Numbered from the whole stretch's first letter, positions 10,501-20,455 are shown. The stretch is 59,224 nt of DNA, filler included, from Gonapodya sp. JEL0774 (GCA_027604505.1; 4 parts of 4 records of this genome joined end to end with filler, not necessarily neighbours in it); one strand, 5' to 3'. Program-made: numbers and translations. The notes: generated from the letters alone by a model not told the origin.

Positions 10501-13015
10501 GGTCCATGTTACGCTGAAAGATTGATGGTGAATTTTTGAAGCCCATAGGAAGGACTAGCCATTCGAAGTGTCCATAGGAGGTGCTAAAAGCGAGTTTGTG
10601 GCGGTCGGCGGGATCTACGCGGATGTTCCAGAAGCCAAATAAGAGGTCAAGTGAAGAGAACCATGCATTACCACGAAGAGTATCCAGTGTTTCGTCGATT
10701 CGAGGTAGCGGGTACAAGTCGGGAATTGAGTGTGTGTTGAGATTGCGATAGTCGACTGCAAAACGCCAAGTGCCATCAGGTTTGGGGACCATCATCACGG
10801 GGGCCGAGTAGGGTGAAAATGAATTGGTTATAAGATTGTCCGAGAGATATTGGTCCGTGAATTGTCGAAGTCGCTCAGTTTCACCCGGGGAAAGAGGATA
10901 ACGGCGTCCAACAATTGGTTCGGATGTATCAAGTGGTACTGTGGCCGGGGGAAAAGGAGTATTGCCGAGGTCCGCGCTGGTCATTGAGAATTGTGCCTTG
11001 TAGTGTATGAGAAGTGTGGCCAATCGATGGAATTGCTGTGGGGTGAGACGCTTTTCCGCAGAGTCGAGGTTGAGATCTGGGATGACGGTGGTGACATCAG
11101 CACGGGTCAGAAGGGTTGTTGAGGGATCAGGGTCCTTGAGCGAAGATGCGTCTTTCGGCGGAGCGTTCAATGGTACCGTGACAGGAGCAGCGTTTTTCGA
11201 TTCGTTAATGGAAAGAATGGAGTTGACGTATCGACGGGGGCATTGATCAAGAATCTTCAAGAGTGCGTCGGGTGGGATGTGTTCATATGCCTCGGGGTTG
11301 TCGCAAATTGAAACCATGTCGGGTTCTGCAATCGGGGTGAAAGTACCAACACATTGTCCTGAGGAGATGTGAATGTCGCGGGGCAGGATGTTAATCACGG
11401 GTACCATAAGGGAGTCTCGAGCGCGTAGTGTACAAGCAAGGAGATGAGGATCGTGCATATGTAATTGGCGTTTTACATTGTCAACGAGTCCTACTGAACC
11501 TACAGGGAGAGGAGAAGAGCGGGCAGTGCGGACGCGAATGTGATGAATAGACCGAGCTGGGATGGTTATTGCGGCGGTGTTGTACAAGCGAGAGGGTGCA
11601 TGTTTTGTGGGGGCCGGAGGATTTGTTGTTTCAGAGTAAGCTGGAACGGTAAGAACAGGGGAAACGTTGTTAAAAGACAAAGACGAAAACCCAGGGTAGA
11701 GGTGGAGTGTCGTAGAATGTGCCTTGAAAAACTCGATGCCCAATAGGAGGGGTTGTGCGAGATTGCGTCCGACAAATGCTCGGAAAGAAAAGAGCTGTTT
11801 AGAGGGATCCGCGTCAAAGAAGAGGTGAATTGTCACTGTACCGTGAATTTGCAGAGGTTCACGTCCGTGTCCTTCAAATCGTGGTCCGTCGGGAGGAAGG
11901 GGAGTGACGATTGTGTCGTGGGGAAGCCATTGTTCATCAAGTACGTTAGTGGGGGCGCCTGTGTCTGCGCATGCTACCAGTGAATGTCCATTTGACAGAG
12001 AGTCTGTAGAAGATACGAGCGTTACGGGGAGACGTAGCTGGGAGTGGGTAGGAGCTGCCGTAGATGTCATTGATGAGAAAGTTATAGTGTGAACCGGGAG
12101 CAATGGAGGTGTAGGAGTGGTTTGAACTTGTTCACTAGTGCTGAGTGTTGTTGGTAACGTAGTCAAAGCTTCGGGTGGTGGGTCTTGTAAAATGGCAAAG
12201 CGATTGTTGTGGGCACATAGCGAGTCGGGAGATTCCACTTGGAAGCGTACGTTCCTCCGAGCAGATCTCATTCGTCGTTGTTTTCGCGAGGGAGTGTCCG
12301 ATATAAAGTCGTTGTCGGTGGGGGAAGAAGTGTTGGAATTGTCGTTGTCAACAAGGGGCCTCGCAGTTGTCGAAGTTTCGGCTGTGGTGCGCGACACAGA
12401 GAAATTCGTCACCGGAGACAATCCATTTCGCAAATCGTTTTCCTGACCAGCATTCGACGATTCTTGAATGGTCGAGGTAGAGAGAGGAACGTCCGACCGA
12501 TTGGAAGAGCCAGCAAGCGAGGGAAGCGGAGTTGTGCGCAGGAACGGGAAAGCATTCTGGATTTCGGGAAAGAGGTCCAAGGGAGGCGTGACAGGAGTGA
12601 TGGACGACGGCACCAGAGAAGTAGTGATGCCAGGAGAAAGGTGAGTTTGAGAAACGGGAGAGAGAGTTGTGACCGGGATGGCAGGTGGGGGTGGGATGTC
12701 AGAAGGTGTTTCCGTCCGACCACCAACGACAATAGGTGAGTCCAGCAAAGCGTCTGTACGGGAGAGAGATATGGTAGCGTTGTCAGCAAGAGAAGAGTCC
12801 GTCGAGGTGGCCGAAATGCGTGTTGTCCGAGGGGCGTGTGGTAGAGAGTCGTTAGCCATGTTAGGAGGAGCGACGCGATGTAAATGAGAAATAAAACCGT
12901 TTGAGAGACCTGAGAGCGTACCATGTGCCAAAGAAGAAGGGAAAGACCGTGACAAAGTGGGGGGAGAAGGGGAACTTTGACGTGCCACGAGCGGAAAGTC
13001 CCCTAAGCGTTTCCC
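7550..13015 (-). CDS. pol: Pol polyprotein (protease, RT, RNase H, integrase, GPY/F, chromodomain-like), entered by -1 frameshift
   Basis: ADTGA (protease), LVYLDD (RT), ETDAS (RNase H), H..H..CHNC plus IDLLGP/SDQG/TERFN (integrase HHCC and DDE), WRGPFRI, IIGRRRKHGQFEYLLK. Uninterrupted for 1812 codons. Confidence 0.95.
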   Translation of the reverse strand, partial: GKRLGDFPLVARQSSPSPPTLSRSFPSSLAHGTLSGLSNGFISHLHRVAPPNMANDSLPHAPRTTRISATSTDSSLADNATISLSRTDALLDSPIVVGGRTETPSDIPPPPAIPVTTLSPVSQTHLSPGITTSLVPSSITPVTPPLDLFPEIQNAFPFLRTTPLPSLAGSSNRSDVPLSTSTIQESSNAGQENDLRNGLSPVTNFSVSRTTAETSTTARPLVDNDNSNTSSPTDNDFISDTPSRKQRRMRSARRNVRFQVESPDSLCAHNNRFAILQDPPPEALTTLPTTLSTSEQVQTTPTPPLLPVHTITFSSMTSTAAPTHSQLRLPVTLVSSTDSLSNGHSLVACADTGAPTNVLDEQWLPHDTIVTPLPPDGPRFEGHGREPLQIHGTVTIHLFFDADPSKQLFSFRAFVGRNLAQPLLLGIEFFKAHSTTLHLYPGFSSLSFNNVSPVLTVPAYSETTNPPAPTKHAPSRLYNTAAITIPARSIHHIRVRTARSSPLPVGSVGLVDNVKRQLHMHDPHLLACTLRARDSLMVPVINILPRDIHISSGQCVGTFTPIAEPDMVSICDNPEAYEHIPPDALLKILDQCPRRYVNSILSINESKNAAPVTVPLNAPPKDASSLKDPDPSTTLLTRADVTTVIPDLNLDSAEKRLTPQQFHRLATLLIHYKAQFSMTSADLGNTPFPPATVPLDTSEPIVGRRYPLSPGETERLRQFTDQYLSDNLITNSFSPYSAPVMMVPKPDGTWRFAVDYRNLNTHSIPDLYPLPRIDETLDTLRGNAWFSSLDLLFGFWNIRVDPADRHKLAFSTSYGHFEWLVLPMGFKNSPSIFQRNMDLLLSGLKWWCALVYLDDSIIYSRTFDEHLFHISLVLQRIADYNMAIKAKKCSFCAPSLPYLGHIVTATGISTDPRKVRAITSVTAPTNKSELETFLGALGYHRSFIPQYALRTKLLQSLNAAYKGKWPPGTWTPAHQQEFEDVRNTLANAVERATFDPALPTILETDASYDGISAALLQRHPGVEHPRLVLCLSRKLTATEKRYAAPEIECLALWWAIKKKLRHYLYLQKFEAITDHRALLWLWKARDTTSRLFRWWEDLRGYDMTITHRPGRFHYLPDYLSRHPDPNATPDSESDAQPYDDNFPWPARSLNDTGNSSTFFGPLTLETHNTEPITIHAITPTQEINPWTIAELVEYQQEDSLVSYIRALVTRKLDSPPLRRPKDISSAIERSILGQLNLFTLDKHTNLLMHLWTPPTPPRRPITIRQIVLPASLAPDVLRALHDNLFGGAHFGRNRTFEAVRRRFWWIGMSTFVRQWVRNCHNCQSRKSPPQVPPGLLQPKDIPSPNHTLGIDLLGPFRRSLSGNKWIVVVTDDGDKWAWTGALRNARTPTIAKWLLQNVIFQSGAPARLLSDQGANLLHQLIRDICDTFNTERIRTTAYHPQTNALTERFNKTVCSLLAAFVREDQRNWDQFLAAATFAYNTSFHPTTLETPFFLRYGRDARLPIDIPFATELLAPSDPTSAPATLQTFDNASNIRAHIVQSLNAAYVRVKANITRQQLYQKTLYDLKHRHVDYTVGQRVMLYVPRIQPNSGKVLKLLRPWRGPFRIVEKISPVTYAISMPVRRREQKVITHVQRLKPYYSMDDSDRASRDLLRPPADVADGNPDPLLNLDDLDSNEPLQLPFQHLEHPVNIQDDASPDDGHVLPMVSLDKSEDDETHHSDASADSPDDQPKTRRRKRIARPPTPIVQPVEQLDRNSNCTLEGIIGRRRKHGQFEYLLKRHGTRRKWELLNDDFYNCGHCMQLLNEFALWEHRKPQNATDAT
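12946..13015 (-). promoter_or_regulatory. -1 programmed ribosomal frameshift signal (G GGA AAC plus downstream stem/pseudoknot)
   Basis: Heptamer at 13009-13015 is in X XXY YYZ phase, one codon before the gag TAG. The -1 frame reads RLGDFPLVARQSS, which is the pol frame. A GGGGACUUU/AAAGUUCCC stem starts 5 nt downstream. Confidence 0.85.
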
Positions 13016-14211
13016 TGCTCGGGGTGGACGGTGGTAGGTACTGGAGGGAGCTGAGGGCGACTGTTTGGCGGTGGTGGAGTCTGTGCGGGAAGGCCTTGGC
13101 TCTGCATGTATGCGACAATAGAGGTTTGGAGGGGACAGTTTCTAGCAATGTGACCTTGTTGGTTACAAGTATAGCAAGTAATGTTACTGCGACTACGAGG
13201 GGACCGGTTGTCATTGTTAGTCGTTGGCAGGGAAGCTGTTCCGGCGGGTGTGGGCAATGGAGCGTGCTGCGAGTATGGAGTTAGATAGCGAGAGCCATTC
13301 GGGAAATACCTGTTGTCCAGATGCTGATCTGTCGTGTGTTTGGGATTAGCACACCATCCGCAGCCAACTGAGAATGGTGGTTGTGAAGACGGGGTGGGAT
13401 TGCGAGCGCCAAAGGTCGGAGGGGTTTGGATCTGCTGTTGAGTTGGAAGGCGGGGCGGCGGGGCGGACGAGGCGTTAGTGAGCGCGGCGACACTGATGGC
13501 AATGTTTTCGATGCTGCGTTCCAAAACACGGAGTCGTTCTTCGTGTGGCGAATTGTCGGCTTGAGGAGGGGCAGGATCCGAGGGATAGAGGGCAGCGATC
13601 GGTCGGGGGGTTGAAGATCCTGAAATTGAACCACCCGTGGCGATATCTTCGTTTTCCTCGATGCGACGAATGCGTTCTTCAGTGAGTTCCGCGAGATTAG
13701 AGACGCCTAAAAATGTGATGAACATCTGAGTGTGTGATGGGATGGATTTGCGGAAATAGTACCAGAGAGTCTTGTTCTTCAGTTGAGTCGGGAGAGTTGC
13801 TTCGTCAAATAGATCGATGATGCCCGCACGATGAGCAACTTGTTTGATGTCCGAGACGTGGTTTGAGAAGCGCTTGCGTTGTGACCAGGTGTAGGTTTCG
13901 AGTGCACGGTTCCAAAGTGAGCGGTCGAGCGGAAAGTAAGCTGTATCAAGAGCGAGAACCCACGCTTTCCATTTTTCTTCTTCAGTTGCAGAGAGAGATG
14001 GTGCCGTAAGATATGTAGAGATGCGTGTGCGGACGGACTCAGGGATGTTGTGGAGAATTGCCGCGATACGAGTTTCGGCGGTGGAGATTCGCTTAAGAGT
14101 GAAGTGGGTTTCCACGCGACTAATAAAAGCAGAAAAGTTAGCAAGACTGCCGATGGGGTTAGAGTTGTCGAATTCTTCGAGTGGAGCCTTGAGTTCCTTG
14201 ACGTCGACCAT
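13003..14211 (-). CDS. gag: Gag protein with CCHC zinc knuckle
   Basis: First ATG at 14211 (MVDVKELK). Capsid-like FSAFISRVETHF segment and knuckle CYTCNQQGHIARNC. The frame stays open upstream to ~14619 without an ATG. Confidence 0.9.
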   Translation of the reverse strand: MVDVKELKAPLEEFDNSNPIGSLANFSAFISRVETHFTLKRISTAETRIAAILHNIPESVRTRISTYLTAPSLSATEEEKWKAWVLALDTAYFPLDRSLWNRALETYTWSQRKRFSNHVSDIKQVAHRAGIIDLFDEATLPTQLKNKTLWYYFRKSIPSHTQMFITFLGVSNLAELTEERIRRIEENEDIATGGSISGSSTPRPIAALYPSDPAPPQADNSPHEERLRVLERSIENIAISVAALTNASSAPPPRLPTQQQIQTPPTFGARNPTPSSQPPFSVGCGWCANPKHTTDQHLDNRYFPNGSRYLTPYSQHAPLPTPAGTASLPTTNNDNRSPRSRSNITCYTCNQQGHIARNCPLQTSIVAYMQSQGLPAQTPPPPNSRPQLPPVPTTVHPEQGNA

Positions 14212-14654
14212 GATGTGGGTGAGGTGGAAAGCAGTGAGAAGTCGCCTTAAAGTGAGTTGAGGATCGGGAGCGATGTCAATAGTAGTCGAGTCGCGGGACG
14301 GAGTACGGGGAAGTGATCCGGTGGGTGAGGTGGCAAAAGGTGCTGTGGCGGAGAAGGATACTGCAATGTCACGATAAGCAGCAAACTCAGAAGGAGCGCT
14401 GCTGGGACGACGTGGAAATGGGAGAACAATGTCCGGGATCTCGAAATCGGAGTCGAAGCCTGTGAGAGTGGGAAGGAGCGGTGTGGATGTGCCGGTGTGG
14501 AAAGATAGAGCGCTAGAAGGACGAGATGGAGCGTCGGAGGCCGTGATGGAAAGCTGAAGAGAGGGAGAGCACGTTGTATGTGTAGATGGGAGCAGAAGCG
14601 TGTTCACGAAGAGAAAACGCTATGAGTACAATGTAGGTTGTAAGCTACGGAAAA

Positions 14655-14678
14655 GTTCGAACTCGAGGGGGAGCACAA
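14655..14678 (-). promoter_or_regulatory. Primer binding site complementary to a tRNA 3' end
   Basis: The + strand reads GTTCGAAC TCGAG GGGGAGC A CAA, 1 nt from the LTR. This has the spacing of tRNA positions 53-76, with CAA in place of CCA. Confidence 0.65.
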
Positions 14679-14679
14679 G

Positions 14680-14861
14680 TGTCGGGGGAAAAAGGAGTAT
14701 CCACGGAGCTATGGGCTTAGGGCGTAGTGGTTTGGTTAGTCAAGAGCACGAGCGCGATGTAAAGAACGAGAATAGAACGCCTAGAGAGAGAGAAGAATCG
14801 CCAGTGAGGGAGTGAGGAGCCAAGGGATGCCGATCACGAGAAGATAGGGACGAGGACGGGG
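14680..14861 (-). repeat. 5' LTR, partial (182 bp, truncated by contig end)
   Basis: Identical by eye to 6097-6278. Confidence 0.95.
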
Positions 14862-14961
14862 NNNNNNNNNNNNNNNNNNNNNNNNNNNNNNNNNNNNNNN
14901 NNNNNTTAATTAATTAANNNNNNNNNNNNNNNNNNNNNNNNNNNNNNNNNNNNNNNNNNNN
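14862..14961. other. Artificial contig linker
   Basis: N44-TTAATTAATTAA-N44 (stops in all six frames). Confidence 0.98.
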
Positions 14962-17900
14962 CGGGTGCGCGACACCCGTTACTGCCAGGCTGGAGACTAC
15001 CGGGCGAAACCACTGGGACCGGAGCGGCTGGATGTTGGTGTGGACGAGGGAGGGAATGTTTAGGGGGACGGCGAGGGCGATGCTGGAAGCTGGCCAAGCA
15101 AAGGTGATAGTTTCATCATACTCGAGCACTACATAGTGCAATCTGTTTCACAGCTCATTCTTCTGACTCCAGTGCACTGTCTTTTAAATTCATTGTTACA
15201 AGAGTCTTCTACCCTATCTTATGTATACCCCAAGTGAGTTGTCCCTTTTGTGGAGCGCTTTGCCCGCCCACCTCCCGTGGTGCGTTCTGGAAATATTTTT
15301 CCCTTCACATGACTGCTAATTCTGCCGCATTTACCATCGGATTTATACCCATGAGCGGGGCAAACTTTGTTTTACGTTGTCCGGAACGATTTTATTCATG
15401 ACAATAACTAATAGATTCACATATAAACTAGCACTATCTCCGTGACGCCAGAAACATCCTTCCTCCAATCTTGTCCTCCTACATCCCCCTCCTCAATGCC
15501 AATGATGCGAGTGGGGCGCAGACTGGCACATTCTCGTTACATGCCATAGAAGTGATTAACAATGGACAGTGAGCACAAAAAGTACAAAGATTACATTGAA
15601 TGGGAGCTCACCAGATGGGAAGTGAGCCTTGAAAGAGGCTGTATGACATTGCGAGACAGAGATGGAATCCATCATAACACACTATACACGATTTATGACC
15701 CTGCAAAGTCTCAAGGCGCAGCAGGGAAAGTTAACAGAACAAGACATATTGCGAGCAAGAAGGCGAGACGTGACGTAAGAGCAAGGCGACACCTGCTCAC
15801 TCACCACCTTTGTAGAAATGTTCACGGGAGGTTCTTGCAATCGTCGGGAACTGCTGGGGGCTATCAGTTGAGAAACCGGATAAGATCGTTCGAGGAGTCA
15901 GAAGAATGAAAGCTTCACTCAATCCCATCGATCCAAGAATGCTCCAAGATTGAAGCCTAGACATCGCCGACTCCTCTGGAAAGTGATGTGATTTGAGATT
16001 GATGGTCAGTGAGTCAACTTATCAGTTCTTATATGGCTGTCAGGATTTCCGGTTTTCCCTGTGGCCTGGTGCCAGGAATTGCGGACGTCTTCGCATTTTG
16101 TCCGGAATTCCTGAATTCCTGGCACCATCACGGAATTCTGTATGTCCTTTTTTATTGTAATGTTGCGGGGCTTCACGTATAAGTATAATAAGAGAACTAG
16201 AACAGACTATTCACCTCCATGTTAGTCGGTATTCAGTTCTTCTCAAGATGACCAGGCATCCATATCGTAACCAAGGTATTCTTGAATTCCCTCTCAATTT
16301 ACCACATGGTATATTTCTCAGAGTGGTAATCGAATCACTACAATCGGGGGGTAGGTATCAACACAATGTGGTATCATGCTGATTACCATAGATGATTACC
16401 CTATGGTATTTTATTTGAAGGGTATTTTGCCAATTACCTATAGTCTAATGTACGACATGGGTCTCAGTGGGTGGTAAATGGGTGGTAAAGACACGTTACC
16501 CGTGTGGTCTCAAAGAAATTACCATCCAGGGTAAAGCTCACATTGGGAAACGGATGGTAATCAGCCATGGGAATCACTTGATTTTTCCCTGTGTCGGTCA
16601 TGTGGACACAATTGGTGAAGAGGCGGGTATCATTGTAAATGTATAGAATGTTGGTACCCAGGTGTCGGCATGCCCAAGTGTCAGGATCGAGACACATTGT
16701 CAATAATATGCTTTGATGCAAAAACCCCGGGCAACAATATTCGCCAGTGAGCTGTAATAAAGCATGCGTTTCCCGTGTGGCGTAACCGTGCAAACCGTGG
16801 CAACCATCAGCCAACTGCCATACAGTTTTTCATATGAGATGAGCACCGATATATGTAGGTGACTTCGTGAATGCGCTATCACTCCAAGTCCGCTCCAGCT
16901 GCAAATGTTAGAAGTCGCAGCCTGGTGCGACTGGAGCTTGGATTGTGCACCGGCACATTCGCCGCAAACAAACACCATTCGGGTAAGTCAAAAACACCCG
17001 ATGGACTTTAGGACTTACGGGGAGTATTTTCTCTTTGCGTACTTCGGGGACATTACGAAATAGGACGAGGGTTAGACTACATAAGCTCTGAGATACTAAG
17101 TGTATTCAGTGACTCTACAAGATAAGTACTACGCTACGGGGGAACCTCTGCCCGACCGTGGCCAGACGAGCTGTCACAGCAGGAAACTGATTACAGCAAA
17201 TGACAACCTCGGAAAACAAACACCTGTGGATGTTTTGTGTATTTCACTTATACATCATCATACCTCTCCTTCTACGTTACTTGATCCCGCGTCTCGATTA
17301 ATTCCACGGAATCGCTTGGTCACAAGCTCCATTCATTTCCGCGCTGACCATCCGACTTTCTCCAGCTCGGCGACAATGGCTCCTGTCTGTCCTTCATCAC
17401 AGCACTGCCCGCCCTGCTTGCAGTTAAACATCCAGCCCCTTTCCACCAGTTTGATGTCCTTCACCGTTGTCTCGAGGTTCAGGTGTTCCCTATCATCTCG
17501 CTTTCTGCGCACTTTTATCACTTGCTCTTGCAAGCCATGACGCTTGCCGGGGCCACTGCGGCGTCAAGGAGGGTAACTGTGAAGCAAAACGGCTGGAACT
17601 TGGGCACTGGTTTGTGTTGTGGGTGGAGTCTTCTAACGCACACATTCTGCGAAAGATACATTCCTTCCGAAGAGAAAAAAAGCTGTTCAGTCACCCTGCC
17701 TCATCACACATCCATGCATGCCAGCTGAGTCCCCAGTATCCCCACCAGCATTTCAAACCCCACTACCACCCAGGAACTCACCAATCCACACCACGTCAGA
17801 TCAAGCGATCAGATCCCCAACCGCCATCTGCCGGCAGCTCGGCCCTTCAAATCGTGACTTTAGACTGAGCGACTCACGTTCATAGACCCGCCGACAGCGA

Positions 17901-20455
17901 TTTCTGTCCTCTCGACTTTGGTGACGTGAAGATTCCTCTTGGCTGCGAGGTGGAGTGTGGCGAGGGAGTGGTGTGGGGACGCCAATAACGCCTGCACTGG
18001 GTTGAGGATCTCCAAGATCTTGAACAACACGTCTCAAGGGTCTTACTCTGGCTATCCAAGCAACACACAGACATTCTCAACATGTTTCTGCTGTCCTATT
18101 TTGTCCCCGTTCACCGCTCACCGCTCTTTGTTCAGCGCTTCCCTGCTGGATGTTCTAATGCGTCGCCTTTTTCGAACTGGCCCAATCGTCATGTGTCGCA
18201 GTCCATCTGCACGCATCCAATACTTAAGTTTTCATTGACTTTGCGGCAATTTGGTGTTGAGGATAGTTCCACTGGACGGTCGATTGAGCGTCTTCAATTC
18301 TCCTTTGCTGGTAGCATCTGAAAGAGACGCAAGAGTTGTCACACTTTGCGGCTCCACACAAATCTCCTTCCCCTCACTCCCTCAACATCAATACCCACAC
18401 TCATCTTATGCCGAGTCCTGTTTCCTTGGACTCTGCTGTGTGTGCTGCTCCTTCTGCGTTCCATTCTTCGAATTGGTTTACGAGCCACCTGATGGGGTTG
18501 CAGACCAGCGGTGGCAGTGAGAGCGATGAGAGCGTAATTGAGAGAAGAGCTGCGGGGAACAGGCAGAGTGGAACGAGAGGTTGAAACGAGTTGCTATATG
18601 TTCTTGTGGTGTCGGTGTAACAGGGTGAGGTGAAGCCGAGGTTATACATATACTGAAAAGAAACCGTTTCAAAAAGATCTTACATTCGCCTGCACTTACG
18701 CTATGCTCGTGATTCTTCATGTAGATAACACTCCGTCCGGTCACAATTACTCACGGTGGCACTCTCACTCCATCTAAACCCATCTGACTCAGGGCTCCAG
18801 CATCCACTGTGCTTGTTAGCCGCATGTCACTGAACCACCGTCTCTATTTACCTTCACGCCTATAACGTGATGTTGAACCACTGCGGTCTTGCTCTTTCGC
18901 AGTGCCTGACTCGTGAAAGACCTCACTGGTGTGACTACCAACGCTCCACTGCGACTTGATTCCTCTTCTGCTCGGACCTAACGGCAGCCAATCGGTTGGA
19001 TGACCAGCCACAGACGGTCGAGCGGTGGAATTTTGACGGGGAAGAGAGTTAGGGGCAACTGGACATGGCAGGAGGAGGACAAGTTCCGGGATTGGTGATC
19101 CAAGCTGGGGACAACCACAAAAATAGAGCACAATATTTAGCCAACAAGTACAAACGCACCTATGTCTCGTGGAATGTGCCAACATCAAGCGATTCACGTG
19201 GCAGAAGTAATTGCAATTCATGTGAAAAGTTGAGTCGATTAATGTTTGGCTCTGGCAGAGTTTGAGCGGGGGGGAGGGACTGGAGGGGATCGAGTCGAGG
19301 TAGTTTGGGCGAGGTAAAGGAAATAGAATGGAAACATATGAAGCCTGAGTGACGCGTCCAATTGACTCCATTCTGCAGAATCGTTCCCGATCATTACCAC
19401 ATTTCTGGTCCTAATCCAACAGGTATCGCCACCGCCACTGCGAGCATCTCTTTCTCGTGAGTATATTTTGACGGTCCGGAGTCCTCTCCACAAACGTAAG
19501 GCTGCATGTAATTACACGTCTGAGAATGGGCGTCTTCAATCGTTAAATTTTTGCGTTTTCTTCGCAGGAATTTCGCGCGTTCTTTGTTGATTGAGCGGTA
19601 AAAGTCCCGTAGTCCCCAAGTCCCCAGTACATTAAATTGTGGCTTCAACAGCTTCCAAGACGCCGTCGGGCATTGAGAGTAGAAAATGAATCTTCCCACG
19701 AGTATGCTCTTCGTCCAATGTCGGCTTTGAGTACTTGATAAATGTCAAAACAAGTGAACTGTCAAGTGGGGACGGATTCACGTGTTCATTCGCGATTGCG
19801 TTTTCCTTTCGCGATGAATGTAATGTACTCACAAGGGTGTAATCAGTAAATGGAGATGGTATTCCGGAGCTCCGAAAGCGAGAGACGAGTTGGTTTCGTT
19901 GCAGCCGATTTCGAAGTGACACCATGTCAGTGGACAGTTCCGACGTTATCCGGGAGACACCGAAAGGGACACGATAATGTTTGACGAGTCAAATGAGCAA
20001 GCTGCTGATTATCGATGGCTGTGTATTGTCTTGAGTTGGATTCATCTTGTAAAATTTTCGTATTTCGTCGGGCCGCGCACCCCAGCAGCACAGCCGCCAA
20101 CTCCACTTCTCCTCACGAAAAAGTCACGTTTCCATCGCCAGAATCGATTTTTCACTCTTTCGGTCAACGAATACATCTCGCACTTCTACGGAGGATTTGC
20201 GTCGATTGCGACGAAATCGCATCTCCATTTCGCCCTTCTCACTGCCAACTAGCGCCGTCGTTGCGTTTTCAAGAGCGCCACCAAATTGTGCGCTCCGATC
20301 CAAGAGCACCACCAAATTGTGAGTTGAGACTTCACTCAACAGTCTGGTGTTGGCGTCCTGCTCAATCGGGGTCCTCTTTCTTGAACTGTCTGCGTGTTCG
20401 CTCGGCTTTGTTCAAACGCCGGCATATCTTGGTGTCGGCATCACATAGATCGGAC

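Larger units (their letters stand above)
6097..14861 (-). mobile_element. Ty3/Gypsy LTR retrotransposon, near full length (5' LTR cut by contig end)
   Basis: Direct repeats 6097-6278 and 14680-14861, identical by eye, flank gag and a PR-RT-RH-IN pol (Gypsy domain order). Confidence 0.95.

Noticed and set aside
14212..14607. 132-codon open extension upstream of the gag ATG
   Set aside because: No ATG and a pyrimidine-rich leader poor in stops. Non-AUG start cannot be excluded but is unsupported.
14906..14917. TTAATTAATTAA palindrome repeated three times in the window
   Set aside because: Artificial concatenation linker flanked by N44.
16740..16800. Minus-strand LRHTGNACF resembling a USP Cys box
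   Set aside because: Too short, flanked by stops, no His box.
19394..19925. Possible minus-strand spliced gene
   Set aside because: Could not build a phase-consistent model or recognise a motif.
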